Source: a virus
Virus record (IMG/VR): IMGVR_UViG_3300005253_000487
Span: 1 to 64,000 of that record
Direction: 5' to 3' (one strand)
DNA length: 64,000 nt
Shown here: piece after piece, positions 8,670 through 16,530 of the stretch
Position numbering within the stretch: the first letter of the stretch is position 1
Layout: every line of letters begins with the position of its first letter
The notes under the pieces: generated by a model
What the model was told of the DNA's origin: nothing
Databases searched by the model: none
What the model saw: the letters and a program-made list of their open reading frames with translations, nothing else
Position numbers and translations under genes: made by a program

Positions 8670-9947
8670 CTACTCCTCTGCGGAAACAACTTCCCCGAAC
8701 GGCACTCTATCTTGTGCGTGGTATGTGGGCGTGACCCACAGTACCGGCACGTCCGGTGCCTGTTCCGCCGGAGGGAATGTACCATACAGGTCCGTAAGGT
8801 ACAGCACGCAGGCAGGCGGTTCGTCTAGCCCCTCCAGCGCTGCGAACACTGGACGGAAATCTGTGCCTCCTCCACCTGCTGCCTCCAGGACAACCTGCTC
8901 GCCCTGTTCGAACGTCTCTTCCTTCTGGAGTGCCGCATCGCAATACATGATGTGGATACGGCGGGGCCTCATTTCTTCTGCCACTGCTTGCACCTCCGCA
9001 CCAAACAACGCGAGGAGCGTAGCGTCTATCGATCCGCTTGTGTCAATACCAATTACAATTGGACCAAGCTCCCGACTGTAAAGGGACGGGAGATACAAAC
9101 CCAACGGCATGTATCTGCGGTTGGGCTGCTCCCAGGAGTAATCACTGTTCGTGATCTCCTGTACGAAGCGCCGCAGCACGGAGCGCCAATCAACGCGTGC
9201 TCTTGCCGCTTGCTCCGCGAGGCGCGCGAGTCCGCCGGGCAGCTTGCCCTGTCCCTCGGCAAGTGCGGCGGCCTGTTGCACCGCTTCCTTCCAATCTTCC
9301 TCCGTGGGTGTTTCCGTGTCGTCGTCTCCGTTTGCTGCCGGAGCGTCTCGAACCTCACCGCCGAAGGGATCTTCTTGTTCTTCCTGCTCTTGCTCATCCT
9401 GATCATCTTGCTGCTCGTCCTGGTCTTCGTTTCCATCCCCGTTACCCTTGCCACTGCCACCGGGTTGCGACTCGTCGTCGCTGTCTCCACTACCGTCTTC
9501 GTCCCCTTCGCCCTCGCCTTCCTTGGGCTGTGGTTTCTGTAAACGATTGTAGATCCATTCGGCGGACTTACCAACGTGGCTGGGTTCGAGTTCGTACAAC
9601 ACATTGTCCGGAAGCTGGAACGACGCGTCACGTAACACTGGATTCAGTGCACGGTCAGCAGCTTCGTTCCATTGCCCCGCCTCGCGCCCAGCACGCCGCC
9701 AAGGATGCCCAAGGACACAGTGTCCAACTTCATGGGCAGTCAATGCGACGCGGCGTGAGTGCGAAGGGAGACTGTTGATGTACGTGGGATTGAAGCCCAG
9801 CGTCTTGCCATCCACCCATGCGGTCTTGCACGATGGATCTTCTCTCAGCTTCAGCTTCAATGTCAACGTACCCCAGAACGGTTCTCCAAGGACGAGCGCC
9901 GTACGTGCGGCAACCATCCTCTTCATTGCTTCTGACTGTTGCTTCAT
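8670..9947 (-). CDS. DUF2201-type metallopeptidase / VWA domain protein
   Basis: HEVGH zinc motif, acidic linker, DTSGS MIDAS, GGGGTDF, YLTDLYG; start reassigned to ATG 9947 behind GGAGG. Confidence 0.9.
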   Translation of the reverse strand: MKQQSEAMKRMVAARTALVLGEPFWGTLTLKLKLREDPSCKTAWVDGKTLGFNPTYINSLPSHSRRVALTAHEVGHCVLGHPWRRAGREAGQWNEAADRALNPVLRDASFQLPDNVLYELEPSHVGKSAEWIYNRLQKPQPKEGEGEGDEDGSGDSDDESQPGGSGKGNGDGNEDQDEQQDDQDEQEQEEQEDPFGGEVRDAPAANGDDDTETPTEEDWKEAVQQAAALAEGQGKLPGGLARLAEQAARARVDWRSVLRRFVQEITNSDYSWEQPNRRYMPLGLYLPSLYSRELGPIVIGIDTSGSIDATLLALFGAEVQAVAEEMRPRRIHIMYCDAALQKEETFEQGEQVVLEAAGGGGTDFRPVFAALEGLDEPPACVLYLTDLYGTFPPAEQAPDVPVLWVTPTYHAQDRVPFGEVVSAEE

Positions 9948-9966
9948 CTTTGCCTCCTCGTAAAGT

Positions 9967-10040
9967 GTGGGTTGCCTCATCAGTGCATGGGTACCCAACC
10001 CATGCAGACCGGACACCAAGCGGTGCCCGGTTTCGGCTAG
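9967..10040 (-). ncRNA. Type II hammerhead ribozyme 1
   Basis: GCC-GAAA-stem III-GUC^ (cut 10007/10006)-UGCAUGGG/CCCAUGCA stem I-CUGAUGA-GGC; loop UGGGU can pair with 3' ACCCA. Confidence 0.93.
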
Positions 10041-10312
10041 CCGCGTAGTTCTTGCAGCTCTTGGATAGTTGGTATGTCTTCATCCCAACAACCAATGATG
10101 TTTTCGTCAGTGAAGCCTGCTGCCATCATGCTGACGAATAGACGCTTACGATTCTCTGGTGTTGGATCCTTCATATACCTTTCTAGCTCTACCATCATTG
10201 CGTCATCTGGTGCGGCGATGGCATTACCTAACGCCACTCCGAATGCGTAAGGAGTACGCTTGTGTGGGTGAGCAATCTGCTCCCGTACAATCTCCTCCGG
10301 CGTGTTTGCCAT
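10037..10312 (-). CDS. Hypothetical protein
   Basis: 91 aa, starts 1 nt after upstream stop; its UAG lies in the 5' end of ribozyme 1. Confidence 0.7.
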   Translation of the reverse strand: MANTPEEIVREQIAHPHKRTPYAFGVALGNAIAAPDDAMMVELERYMKDPTPENRKRLFVSMMAAGFTDENIIGCWDEDIPTIQELQELRG

Positions 10313-10313
10313 G

Positions 10314-11216
10314 TCAAGCTCCCTTCTTGGCAGGCTTCTTCTTCGGCGGAGTGTAGACGCCCTTCATGCTTGCCAAGATGGCGTCGGCCTTGCGTGCGGT
10401 GTCCTTGCGGAACTTCTCATCATCACGCAACGACTCCACGTCCAGGGTCGACAGGTCCAGTAGCACCTGCTTCCGTGCCTTCTCCAGCTTCGCGTCCCCG
10501 GTGAGGTTAAGGCGGCCAATGATCTCCGCCATCTCACCGACGCGTGCTATCATTGTCGGCCGCAGATACTTCCCATCACCCAACTTGGTCCGCAGGTCTG
10601 TCACTGTGTCGCCCAACCGCTGCCACACATCGCCCATGGCGTCTGCGACTGCCTGCTTGACTCTGTCTTCCACTCCACGTGTCATGGCCTTTAACTGCTC
10701 CTTGGGTAGAGTGACTCGAAAGTCATCCCCGGAAGGAACAGGACCGTACTGGATAGTGAAGTGGAACTTAGTCCGGACCTGGCTTGTGGTGGGGTAGTCT
10801 GAACGTTTATACATCTGCCCCAACCGTTCCTCTGCTGTCCGTACGAGCGTTGGATAGTCCCTGAGGAACTTCTCCAGCGCCGTCTCATACCTGGTCTGCA
10901 CTGTCCGCATCGCTTCGACATACTCGAAGTAATTGGCAGTAGGTAAGAGACGCCAGCCCGCGTCCTCCCAGGGCAAGGTATGTTTGTAGTGCGTTACCCT
11001 TGCGACCTGAGTGGCGTTGACGAGCATCGAGTGTGACGGAGCGTCGCCCCCGAACAGTCGTTTGTGGTAGCGTCCTGCACGATCGTTCTTGGCCATCTCC
11101 GTATTCACTTTGTCGGTGACCTCTGCGTCGTGCTTCCGGGCGCTCCACAAGCCGATCCACACGTTGACGAGCATTGCTCGCCCCAAGATAGATGTGGACT
11201 TCTTTGTTGTGGTCAT
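10314..11216 (-). CDS. DUF3150-like phage protein (commonly adjacent to AAA/VWA pairs)
   Basis: 300 aa, MLVNVWIGLWSARKHD...TLPW...RLLP...YP pattern; gene context. Confidence 0.6.
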   Translation of the reverse strand: MTTTKKSTSILGRAMLVNVWIGLWSARKHDAEVTDKVNTEMAKNDRAGRYHKRLFGGDAPSHSMLVNATQVARVTHYKHTLPWEDAGWRLLPTANYFEYVEAMRTVQTRYETALEKFLRDYPTLVRTAEERLGQMYKRSDYPTTSQVRTKFHFTIQYGPVPSGDDFRVTLPKEQLKAMTRGVEDRVKQAVADAMGDVWQRLGDTVTDLRTKLGDGKYLRPTMIARVGEMAEIIGRLNLTGDAKLEKARKQVLLDLSTLDVESLRDDEKFRKDTARKADAILASMKGVYTPPKKKPAKKGA

Positions 11217-11240
11217 GCTTGCCTCCTTGTGTAGTTCAGT

Positions 11241-11313
11241 GTGGGTTGCCTCATCAGTACGTGGGTTCCCATTCCACGTAGACCGCCCACGACGTGTGGG
11301 CGGTTTCGGCTAC
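11241..11313 (-). ncRNA. Type II hammerhead ribozyme 2
   Basis: GCC GAAA CCGCCCAC..GUGGGCG GUC^ UACGUGG..CCACGUA CUGAUGA GGC; cut 11281/11280. Confidence 0.93.
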
Positions 11314-11486
11314 CTCGCAATCATCTCCGCTTCCATCTTCTTCATGGCGTCGCTAAGTTGTTCCCACCAAGAACGTATTCCAAGGTGAGGGTCGCCAGTT
11401 AACTGGACGATGGTTGATGCGATAGCATGAATGCGTTTGACTTGGGCTTCCTGGTCCTGTAAAGACCATTGCTCTCGCCCAGCCAT
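11310..11486 (-). CDS. 58-aa hypothetical protein (absent from ORF track)
   Basis: TAATG overlap with AAA stop; MAGREQWSLQDQ...EMIAR then UAG within ribozyme 2. Confidence 0.65.
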   Translation of the reverse strand: MAGREQWSLQDQEAQVKRIHAIASTIVQLTGDPHLGIRSWWEQLSDAMKKMEAEMIAR

Positions 11487-12514
11487 TACGCCGTACCGGA
11501 GATGAGCTGTCCAAGCTCACCGGACATCAATCTGACAAACTCCGGGGTGTTAACCAACTCCGGGTTGTTGCGTTCCGCATCCTTGATCAACAGTGCAGCG
11601 AATTCGCCGTGTCCTTCCTCGACGAGCCTCTCGGCGTAACGCGCCACGCGGCCAAAGTTCTGCTCGTTGGCCTTGATGGCGAGCCCTGTCACTGTAGCAT
11701 ACAACGCTGACAGGTCTGTCGGGATGTCCTGTCCATCCGGATTGATTAAGATGGCGTCGATGCTGGGTAGCTGACGGAACATCCGTAAGAAGGCGCGCAA
11801 CTCTACCGAGGCGCCTTCACCTACGGCGCCCGCTAGTGCTTCACCTTCCAGTGTGTCAGGTAGCCCAAGCTCCAGGACGTGTCCAGCGTTGCTCCAGGTG
11901 CGCGGTAGCGGGCAGTTCGTCATGTCCGCTGTCGGTGTGAACTGGCACAGCAACTCTGGGCGGAACCGAAGGAATGCAATCAGCTCCGGCGGGATGTGCG
12001 TTTGCGTGAACGCCCATTGACACCAGTCGTCCAAGTCCTCAACCAACTCTACGATGGATATGAACCTACTCTTCACGGGCTCCAGTATCCCACTGACGTT
12101 CGCACGGTCCGTGCGCCGGTTCGTTGCTGCAATGAACGACACTACATCGGGCAGCCTGTGCCCGTTGATTTCACGCGCCAAGATTAACTGCATCTTGGCC
12201 GCCTGTACGGCGCCCGGTGCTTGACCAAGATCGTCCAGGAACCATACCGTGTCTACTGTTGCGGCAAGTGCTTCAGCGAACTGCCCGAACGGTAGGAACT
12301 GAGCGGTCTTCTTGTCCGCCGACGGCCAAGGAAGCCCCTTGGAGTCCGTCGGATCTTCCACCGCGGGGTGCGACAGTATCATCCGCGCACCTGCGGTGTC
12401 ACATGCCTGTGCCACTACGTCACTCTTACCTACGCCAGGCTTCCCAGTGATTAGCACTGGGTGACGCTTTGGAATGGCGAGTGCGAGGAACATGGCCAGT
12501 TGTGATGGTTTCAT
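11486..12514 (-). CDS. MoxR/CbbQ-like AAA+ ATPase
   Basis: GKPGVGKS Walker A, WFLDDL Walker B, AATNR, SRF, PRTW; start at ATG 12514 behind GGAGG. Confidence 0.9.
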   Translation of the reverse strand: MKPSQLAMFLALAIPKRHPVLITGKPGVGKSDVVAQACDTAGARMILSHPAVEDPTDSKGLPWPSADKKTAQFLPFGQFAEALAATVDTVWFLDDLGQAPGAVQAAKMQLILAREINGHRLPDVVSFIAATNRRTDRANVSGILEPVKSRFISIVELVEDLDDWCQWAFTQTHIPPELIAFLRFRPELLCQFTPTADMTNCPLPRTWSNAGHVLELGLPDTLEGEALAGAVGEGASVELRAFLRMFRQLPSIDAILINPDGQDIPTDLSALYATVTGLAIKANEQNFGRVARYAERLVEEGHGEFAALLIKDAERNNPELVNTPEFVRLMSGELGQLISGTA

Positions 12515-12533
12515 CTTTGCCTCCTTGTAGTGT

Positions 12534-12606
12534 GTGGGTTGCCTCATCAGTACGTGGATTCCCATTCCACGCAGACCGGATGCACAGTGCATCCGGTTTC
12601 GGCTAC
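12534..12606 (-). ncRNA. Type II hammerhead ribozyme 3
   Basis: Intact core; stem III CCGGAUGCAC/GUGCAUCCGG; cut 12574/12573. Confidence 0.93.
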
Positions 12607-13500
12607 TTACTTTGGTGGCCACATGTACGTGAACTCCGGGCGTCCATACCACGTGACGTAGTGTCCGAGGGCGTCCTCGATGTTCTTGCTTCGTGGTTTG
12701 GACATGCCGTCGTTGTTACGGAACCACCTCCAGAATTCAATCTTCCAATCCCACCATATCGAATCCTGTGGCGTGCACAGGTCGTCCAGGGTGACCTCAT
12801 ACTCATGCCCGTCTCGCCGGCACCGCATGAACTTCTTGCGCTCCGCGGGTGGGAGGCTAAGGAACATGAGCGACTGTTGCATACCGAAGAACAACTGGCC
12901 GCGCATTACATCCTCGTTCCAACACCTGGGTATCTCTTCCACAATGTCCTCGGACAACGTTAGCAGTGGGCAGACGGTGTGGAAGAATGTATCCTCACTA
13001 TCGCTTTGCCAGATGTCGTAGAACGCCATGTCAAACGTACCGGGTGTTCTGTCCTTGAGGTATTCGAATAGGTCCGCACAGACTACAGTGATCTTCCCAT
13101 CGTCATCAGGCAGATGTTGGTTGACTAGCTTGATGACCTCTGATGAGATCTCTACGACGGTGACCTGCTCCACGTCTGGGTTGGCTGCTAGGTTTGCCGC
13201 AGCATAGCCTAGCCCCAGTCCACCAACCAACACCGTGCCGTAATAGCCCTCGAGAATGTTGTTGGCTTGCGCTTGTTCCACGGGCTCGTCTGTCATCCAC
13301 ACCCCTTGGTCCTCTTGGACTAGTTGGTGGAAGCGCACCCGCTTGTCAAATTTGACAGCCTTACTCTGCTGGCCAAAGAGTGCCGTGCGTGCGGTGGCGG
13401 TGTGGAATTTGTGTCCCACCTTGAAGTGAAGATGCTTGATGCTGTAAGCACCTTCCACCCCTTCAGGGATGTCGAGGACGGGCCAATACTTCTGTTTCAT
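12607..13500 (-). CDS. Class I SAM-dependent methyltransferase (spermidine-synthase-like fold)
   Basis: VLVGGLGLG, VTVVEIS, ADLFEY, FDMAFYDIW. Confidence 0.8.
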   Translation of the reverse strand: MKQKYWPVLDIPEGVEGAYSIKHLHFKVGHKFHTATARTALFGQQSKAVKFDKRVRFHQLVQEDQGVWMTDEPVEQAQANNILEGYYGTVLVGGLGLGYAAANLAANPDVEQVTVVEISSEVIKLVNQHLPDDDGKITVVCADLFEYLKDRTPGTFDMAFYDIWQSDSEDTFFHTVCPLLTLSEDIVEEIPRCWNEDVMRGQLFFGMQQSLMFLSLPPAERKKFMRCRRDGHEYEVTLDDLCTPQDSIWWDWKIEFWRWFRNNDGMSKPRSKNIEDALGHYVTWYGRPEFTYMWPPK

Positions 13501-13520
13501 TGTTGCCTCCCTGTAGTGTG

Positions 13521-13593
13521 TTGGGTTGCCTCATCAGTACGTGGATACCCATTCCACGTAAACCGCCCATGGAGTGTGGACGGTTTCGGCTGC
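13521..13593 (-). ncRNA. Type II hammerhead ribozyme 4 (GUU site)
   Basis: Intact core; cleavage triplet GUU fits NUH; cut 13561/13560. Confidence 0.9.
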
Positions 13594-14436
13594 CTACTTC
13601 TTCCGGCGCGTGCTTTTCTTCTTCCGCCGCTTGTCCGCAGTGGGCGTGGCCTTCCTACGTGTCACCTTCTTCTCTTGGCGTGGTGCTGCGGCCGTGTGTT
13701 CTGTGACGTGCCCATCGCTATTGTTCTGGGCTACGACGCGTGCCCGCTCACCCTGTGCTTGCACGCGTGCTTCTTTGCGTGCTGCCCGTTCCTTAGCACT
13801 TGTCTCCCGTCGGCGCCAGCGTGAGCGCCCCAGGTCTGGGAAACGTACTGTGTGGTCTACGATCAAGTCCGCCCGCTCGTTGGCTTGAGCACGCACATAC
13901 TCCACACCTTCTGGATCAATTACAACGTCGTGTGACTGACCATGTACGTCCATCGTTGCGCCACTCCAACCCTCAGTGCAGCGGCTGGATGTATTGACGG
14001 GAACGTCTGCGTCACTAACCTGCGGAATGCCAGCCGCGCGCTGTGGACCCAACCTCTGTTCCAGTAACGCGAAGTAGGCTTCCTTACTACCTAGCACCAC
14101 GAAGAGTGCCTCACGGAGTGGACGGTTGCTGCTGAACCCTAAGCGGTCGCGCTCAGCACCCATGGTCGTCTCTCCCGCTTGTAGACGGGGGAGGACTTCG
14201 CGTGCTTCCTGCAAGAGCGTCTCATCAAGTTGCTTACCGCCTTTGGGCTTCGCAGCTTTCTTCTTGTCTGCCTTCGCCGTGTCATTGACCCGCTTGTCCG
14301 CGTCCGCCTTCGCTGTGTCATTGACCCGCTTATCCGCCTTAGCTTGCGCGGACTTAGCGGGCGCCTTCTTCTTCCGTTTAGGGAAGGCGTTCTTGGCTGT
14401 AGCTTTCTTAGTACTCTTTCTCGGTCTTGCCATCAT
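13594..14436 (-). CDS. Lys/Arg/Ala-rich putative nucleic-acid-binding protein
   Basis: Histone-H1-like termini; duplicated ADKRVNDTAKAD. Confidence 0.7.
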   Translation of the reverse strand: MMARPRKSTKKATAKNAFPKRKKKAPAKSAQAKADKRVNDTAKADADKRVNDTAKADKKKAAKPKGGKQLDETLLQEAREVLPRLQAGETTMGAERDRLGFSSNRPLREALFVVLGSKEAYFALLEQRLGPQRAAGIPQVSDADVPVNTSSRCTEGWSGATMDVHGQSHDVVIDPEGVEYVRAQANERADLIVDHTVRFPDLGRSRWRRRETSAKERAARKEARVQAQGERARVVAQNNSDGHVTEHTAAAPRQEKKVTRRKATPTADKRRKKKSTRRKK

Positions 14437-14451
14437 TGCCTCCTTGTGTTT

Positions 14452-14523
14452 GTGGGTTGCCTCATCAGTACGTGGATACCCATTCCACGCAGACCATCCA
14501 CTCCGGTGGATGGTTTCAGCTAC
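14452..14523 (-). ncRNA. Type II hammerhead ribozyme 5
   Basis: Intact core; stem III CCAUCCAC/GUGGAUGG; G-U at base of stem II; cut 14492/14491. Confidence 0.9.
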
Positions 14524-14525
14524 TA

Positions 14526-14843
14526 CTACCTAGGTGGTGCGTCGACCGTCCGTCGGTACGTCCCTTCGCACAGGTAGCTTGAGTGCGAGATGCGCTGGAG
14601 CCTCAGCCGCAGTGCCTCAACGTCCTTGCACGCCAGCAACAGTTCTAGATCCTTTGCCGTCATGCATTGTGCAAGGACGCGAGCACCAATGCGGACATCC
14701 AGTAAGTCTACGTCTTCCGCCCGTGCCAACTTGCCGTCCGTGAAGCAATGGATGTTCCCGGTGCTGTGTTCCAGGATGCGTCCAATCATCTTCACGTACC
14801 TGTTCTTGACGATGACGACATCGCCTTCTTCGAAGACGCGCAT
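14526..14843 (-). CDS. Hypothetical protein
   Basis: TGATG overlap start MRVFEEGDVVIV; ends TAG TAG TAG running into ribozyme 5. Confidence 0.65.
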   Translation of the reverse strand: MRVFEEGDVVIVKNRYVKMIGRILEHSTGNIHCFTDGKLARAEDVDLLDVRIGARVLAQCMTAKDLELLLACKDVEALRLRLQRISHSSYLCEGTYRRTVDAPPR

Positions 14844-15064
14844 CACCCACCACCCTTCGGTCCTTCGGTCTTGCAAGCGCGTCCGCAGAAGATGTGATTG
14901 TCGTGCGCGAGGATTGCCGTACCCGCTGGCAGATTCTTGCCACACGCTGCACACTTGCGATCGACTTGCGCCCGGAACATTGCCTGTCTACGCTCGACTT
15001 CTTCGATGTTCGCTAGGAGCCCGCGTGCTCGCCCGGACTCAGTACCGCTTGTTCGTTTGTTCAT
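14843..15064 (-). CDS. Small zinc-finger-like protein
   Basis: GGAGG RBS; CAACG...FCGRAC. Confidence 0.65.
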   Translation of the reverse strand: MNKRTSGTESGRARGLLANIEEVERRQAMFRAQVDRKCAACGKNLPAGTAILAHDNHIFCGRACKTEGPKGGG

Positions 15065-15080
15065 GTGTGCCTCCTTGTGC

Positions 15081-15158
15081 GTGGGTTGCCTCATCAGTAC
15101 ATGGATTCCCATTCCATGCAGACCGGACAGCGTAACACGGCTGCCCGGTTTCGGCTAC
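15081..15158 (-). ncRNA. Type II hammerhead ribozyme 6
   Basis: Intact core; stem III CCGGGCAGC/GCUGUCCGG; cut 15121/15120. Confidence 0.93.
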
Positions 15159-15697
15159 TACGGTCCGCCTATCTGCGGTCCGCTTATCTGGTGGACGTTC
15201 TGCTCGTGCGCCTGTCGCATGAGTTCTTGCAGCACTTCAATCGTTTCGCTTGCGTGCGTCTCCACCTCGCCCCAGTCGACGTCGACGACCAGTATGTCGA
15301 TGAGGCCCGCAACGCGTTGCTCCGCGTCGTTGACTGTGAGGATGGCCTTGTCCACTTCGTCGGACCCATCGTCCCATTCTGAGAGGATGCTGAAGAGTGT
15401 GTAAAGCTCATCTGGTAGCTCGTCACGCGCCGCAGTGTCCAACTTGTCTGCAAACTTGGCTACCTTGCGGAGCTTGTTGAAGTTTACCGTGCCGTTAGCG
15501 ATGCACGCCTTTTGCACACGGTCCAAAATCTTCTGGTAGGCGTCGCAACTCATCCTCACCGTTGTCGTGGTACAGCCCCCGCTGTCGTCGCACGCTTGTA
15601 TCATGCGCCTGTGTCGCACTATCAGTGCCTGCATCGCACGAATCGTTGCTGCCCGTAGCTTCCTGTTCCGCGCCGGGATCTTCGATGGACGTTTCAT
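15158..15697 (-). CDS. Hypothetical helical protein
   Basis: 179 aa with GGAGG RBS. Confidence 0.7.
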   Translation of the reverse strand: MKRPSKIPARNRKLRAATIRAMQALIVRHRRMIQACDDSGGCTTTTVRMSCDAYQKILDRVQKACIANGTVNFNKLRKVAKFADKLDTAARDELPDELYTLFSILSEWDDGSDEVDKAILTVNDAEQRVAGLIDILVVDVDWGEVETHASETIEVLQELMRQAHEQNVHQISGPQIGGP

Positions 15698-15720
15698 TCT
15701 TGCCTCCCTGTAGTGGTGTT

Positions 15721-15793
15721 GTGGGTTACCTCGTCAGTACGTGGGTACCCAACCCATGCAGACCGGATGCACTGTGCACCCGGTTTCGGCTAC
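15721..15793 (-). ncRNA. Type II hammerhead ribozyme 7
   Basis: Core CUGACGA (variation only at the free N7 position); cut 15761/15760. Confidence 0.92.
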
Positions 15794-16416
15794 TGCCGGT
15801 CCAACGGGTACTGGAACTTCTCCAACACTACTGCCCATGCTGCTGCTGTCTGCTGCTCGATGATGTTGTGCACTGGGCTAGTGGAGTACGAAGGGGAACG
15901 CGTGGCGCGTACAACTTGCTCCAACGCTTCGACGCGGATCTTTTCATTCATCTCTTCCGCTGTGTCCCCATCCTTCCTGAACTGTGCGATGTACTGTAGC
16001 ACACCTCGGCACACGGTACCACTTGCGGCGCGCCTTATCACGTCCATGCTCGAGCCGAACCCGTAAGTCATGTCCGCTTGTGGCGCGTCCACTTGCTCTA
16101 GCAAGCGTGCCGTCCACTTCCGTATCTCCTTCTCACAGTAGCCAACTTCACGCTCCAAGTCTTCCACTCTGTGTACCCACCGCTCTGCTACTGTGGCAAT
16201 GTACTTGAAGTGGAGTTGCGTGCGCGTCTTGTTGTCGAACCCAATGAGATACTGCCCTTCCCCCAGGATCTTCTCTTCCCTGGTGAAGGCTTCCAACAAC
16301 GCCTTCTGTGTTCCATACTGCCACGGCGGATGTAAGTCCACGCGTGCCATGTTGGGTGTGCCGTCCGGCATCGCTTCGGCCTGGACGTCATGCTGCTGGT
16401 GTAATGTGTAACGCAT
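15790..16416 (-). CDS. Hypothetical protein, first gene of the ribozyme operon
   Basis: ATG 16416 behind GGGAGG; 208 aa. Confidence 0.7.
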   Translation of the reverse strand: MRYTLHQQHDVQAEAMPDGTPNMARVDLHPPWQYGTQKALLEAFTREEKILGEGQYLIGFDNKTRTQLHFKYIATVAERWVHRVEDLEREVGYCEKEIRKWTARLLEQVDAPQADMTYGFGSSMDVIRRAASGTVCRGVLQYIAQFRKDGDTAEEMNEKIRVEALEQVVRATRSPSYSTSPVHNIIEQQTAAAWAVVLEKFQYPLDRQ

Positions 16417-16437
16417 TCTTGCCTCCCTGTAGTGTGT

Positions 16438-16530
16438 GTGGGTTGCCTCATCAGTACGTGGGTACCCAACCCACGCAGACGTAACACGCATCCGCTAGGC
16501 AAGCGGTTGAGCGCGTGCTACGTTTCAGCT
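16438..16530 (-). ncRNA. Type II hammerhead ribozyme 8 (leader copy, extended stem III)
   Basis: GCU GAAA CGUAGCACGCG...UGCGUGUUAC GUC^ UGCGUGGG/CCCACGUA CUGAUGA GGC; cut 16478/16477. Confidence 0.92.

Noticed and set aside
13140-13146. Additional CTGATGA on the + strand
   Set aside because: Antisense within a CDS, with no flanking stems or GAAA/NUH arrangement; chance match
9948-16491. Shared N-terminal peptide (G.HVLMRQPTH..EA.M) in ORF-track proteins 8670..10019, 11486..12652, 14843..15112 and 15790..16491
   Set aside because: Artefact of extending ORFs through the ribozyme repeat; real starts follow the GGAGG RBS
9967-16530. Intergenic repeats as a CRISPR array, integron attC sites or terminators
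   Set aside because: The intervals are whole genes, no cas or integrase gene is visible, and there are no U-tracts; conserved positions match the hammerhead catalytic core instead
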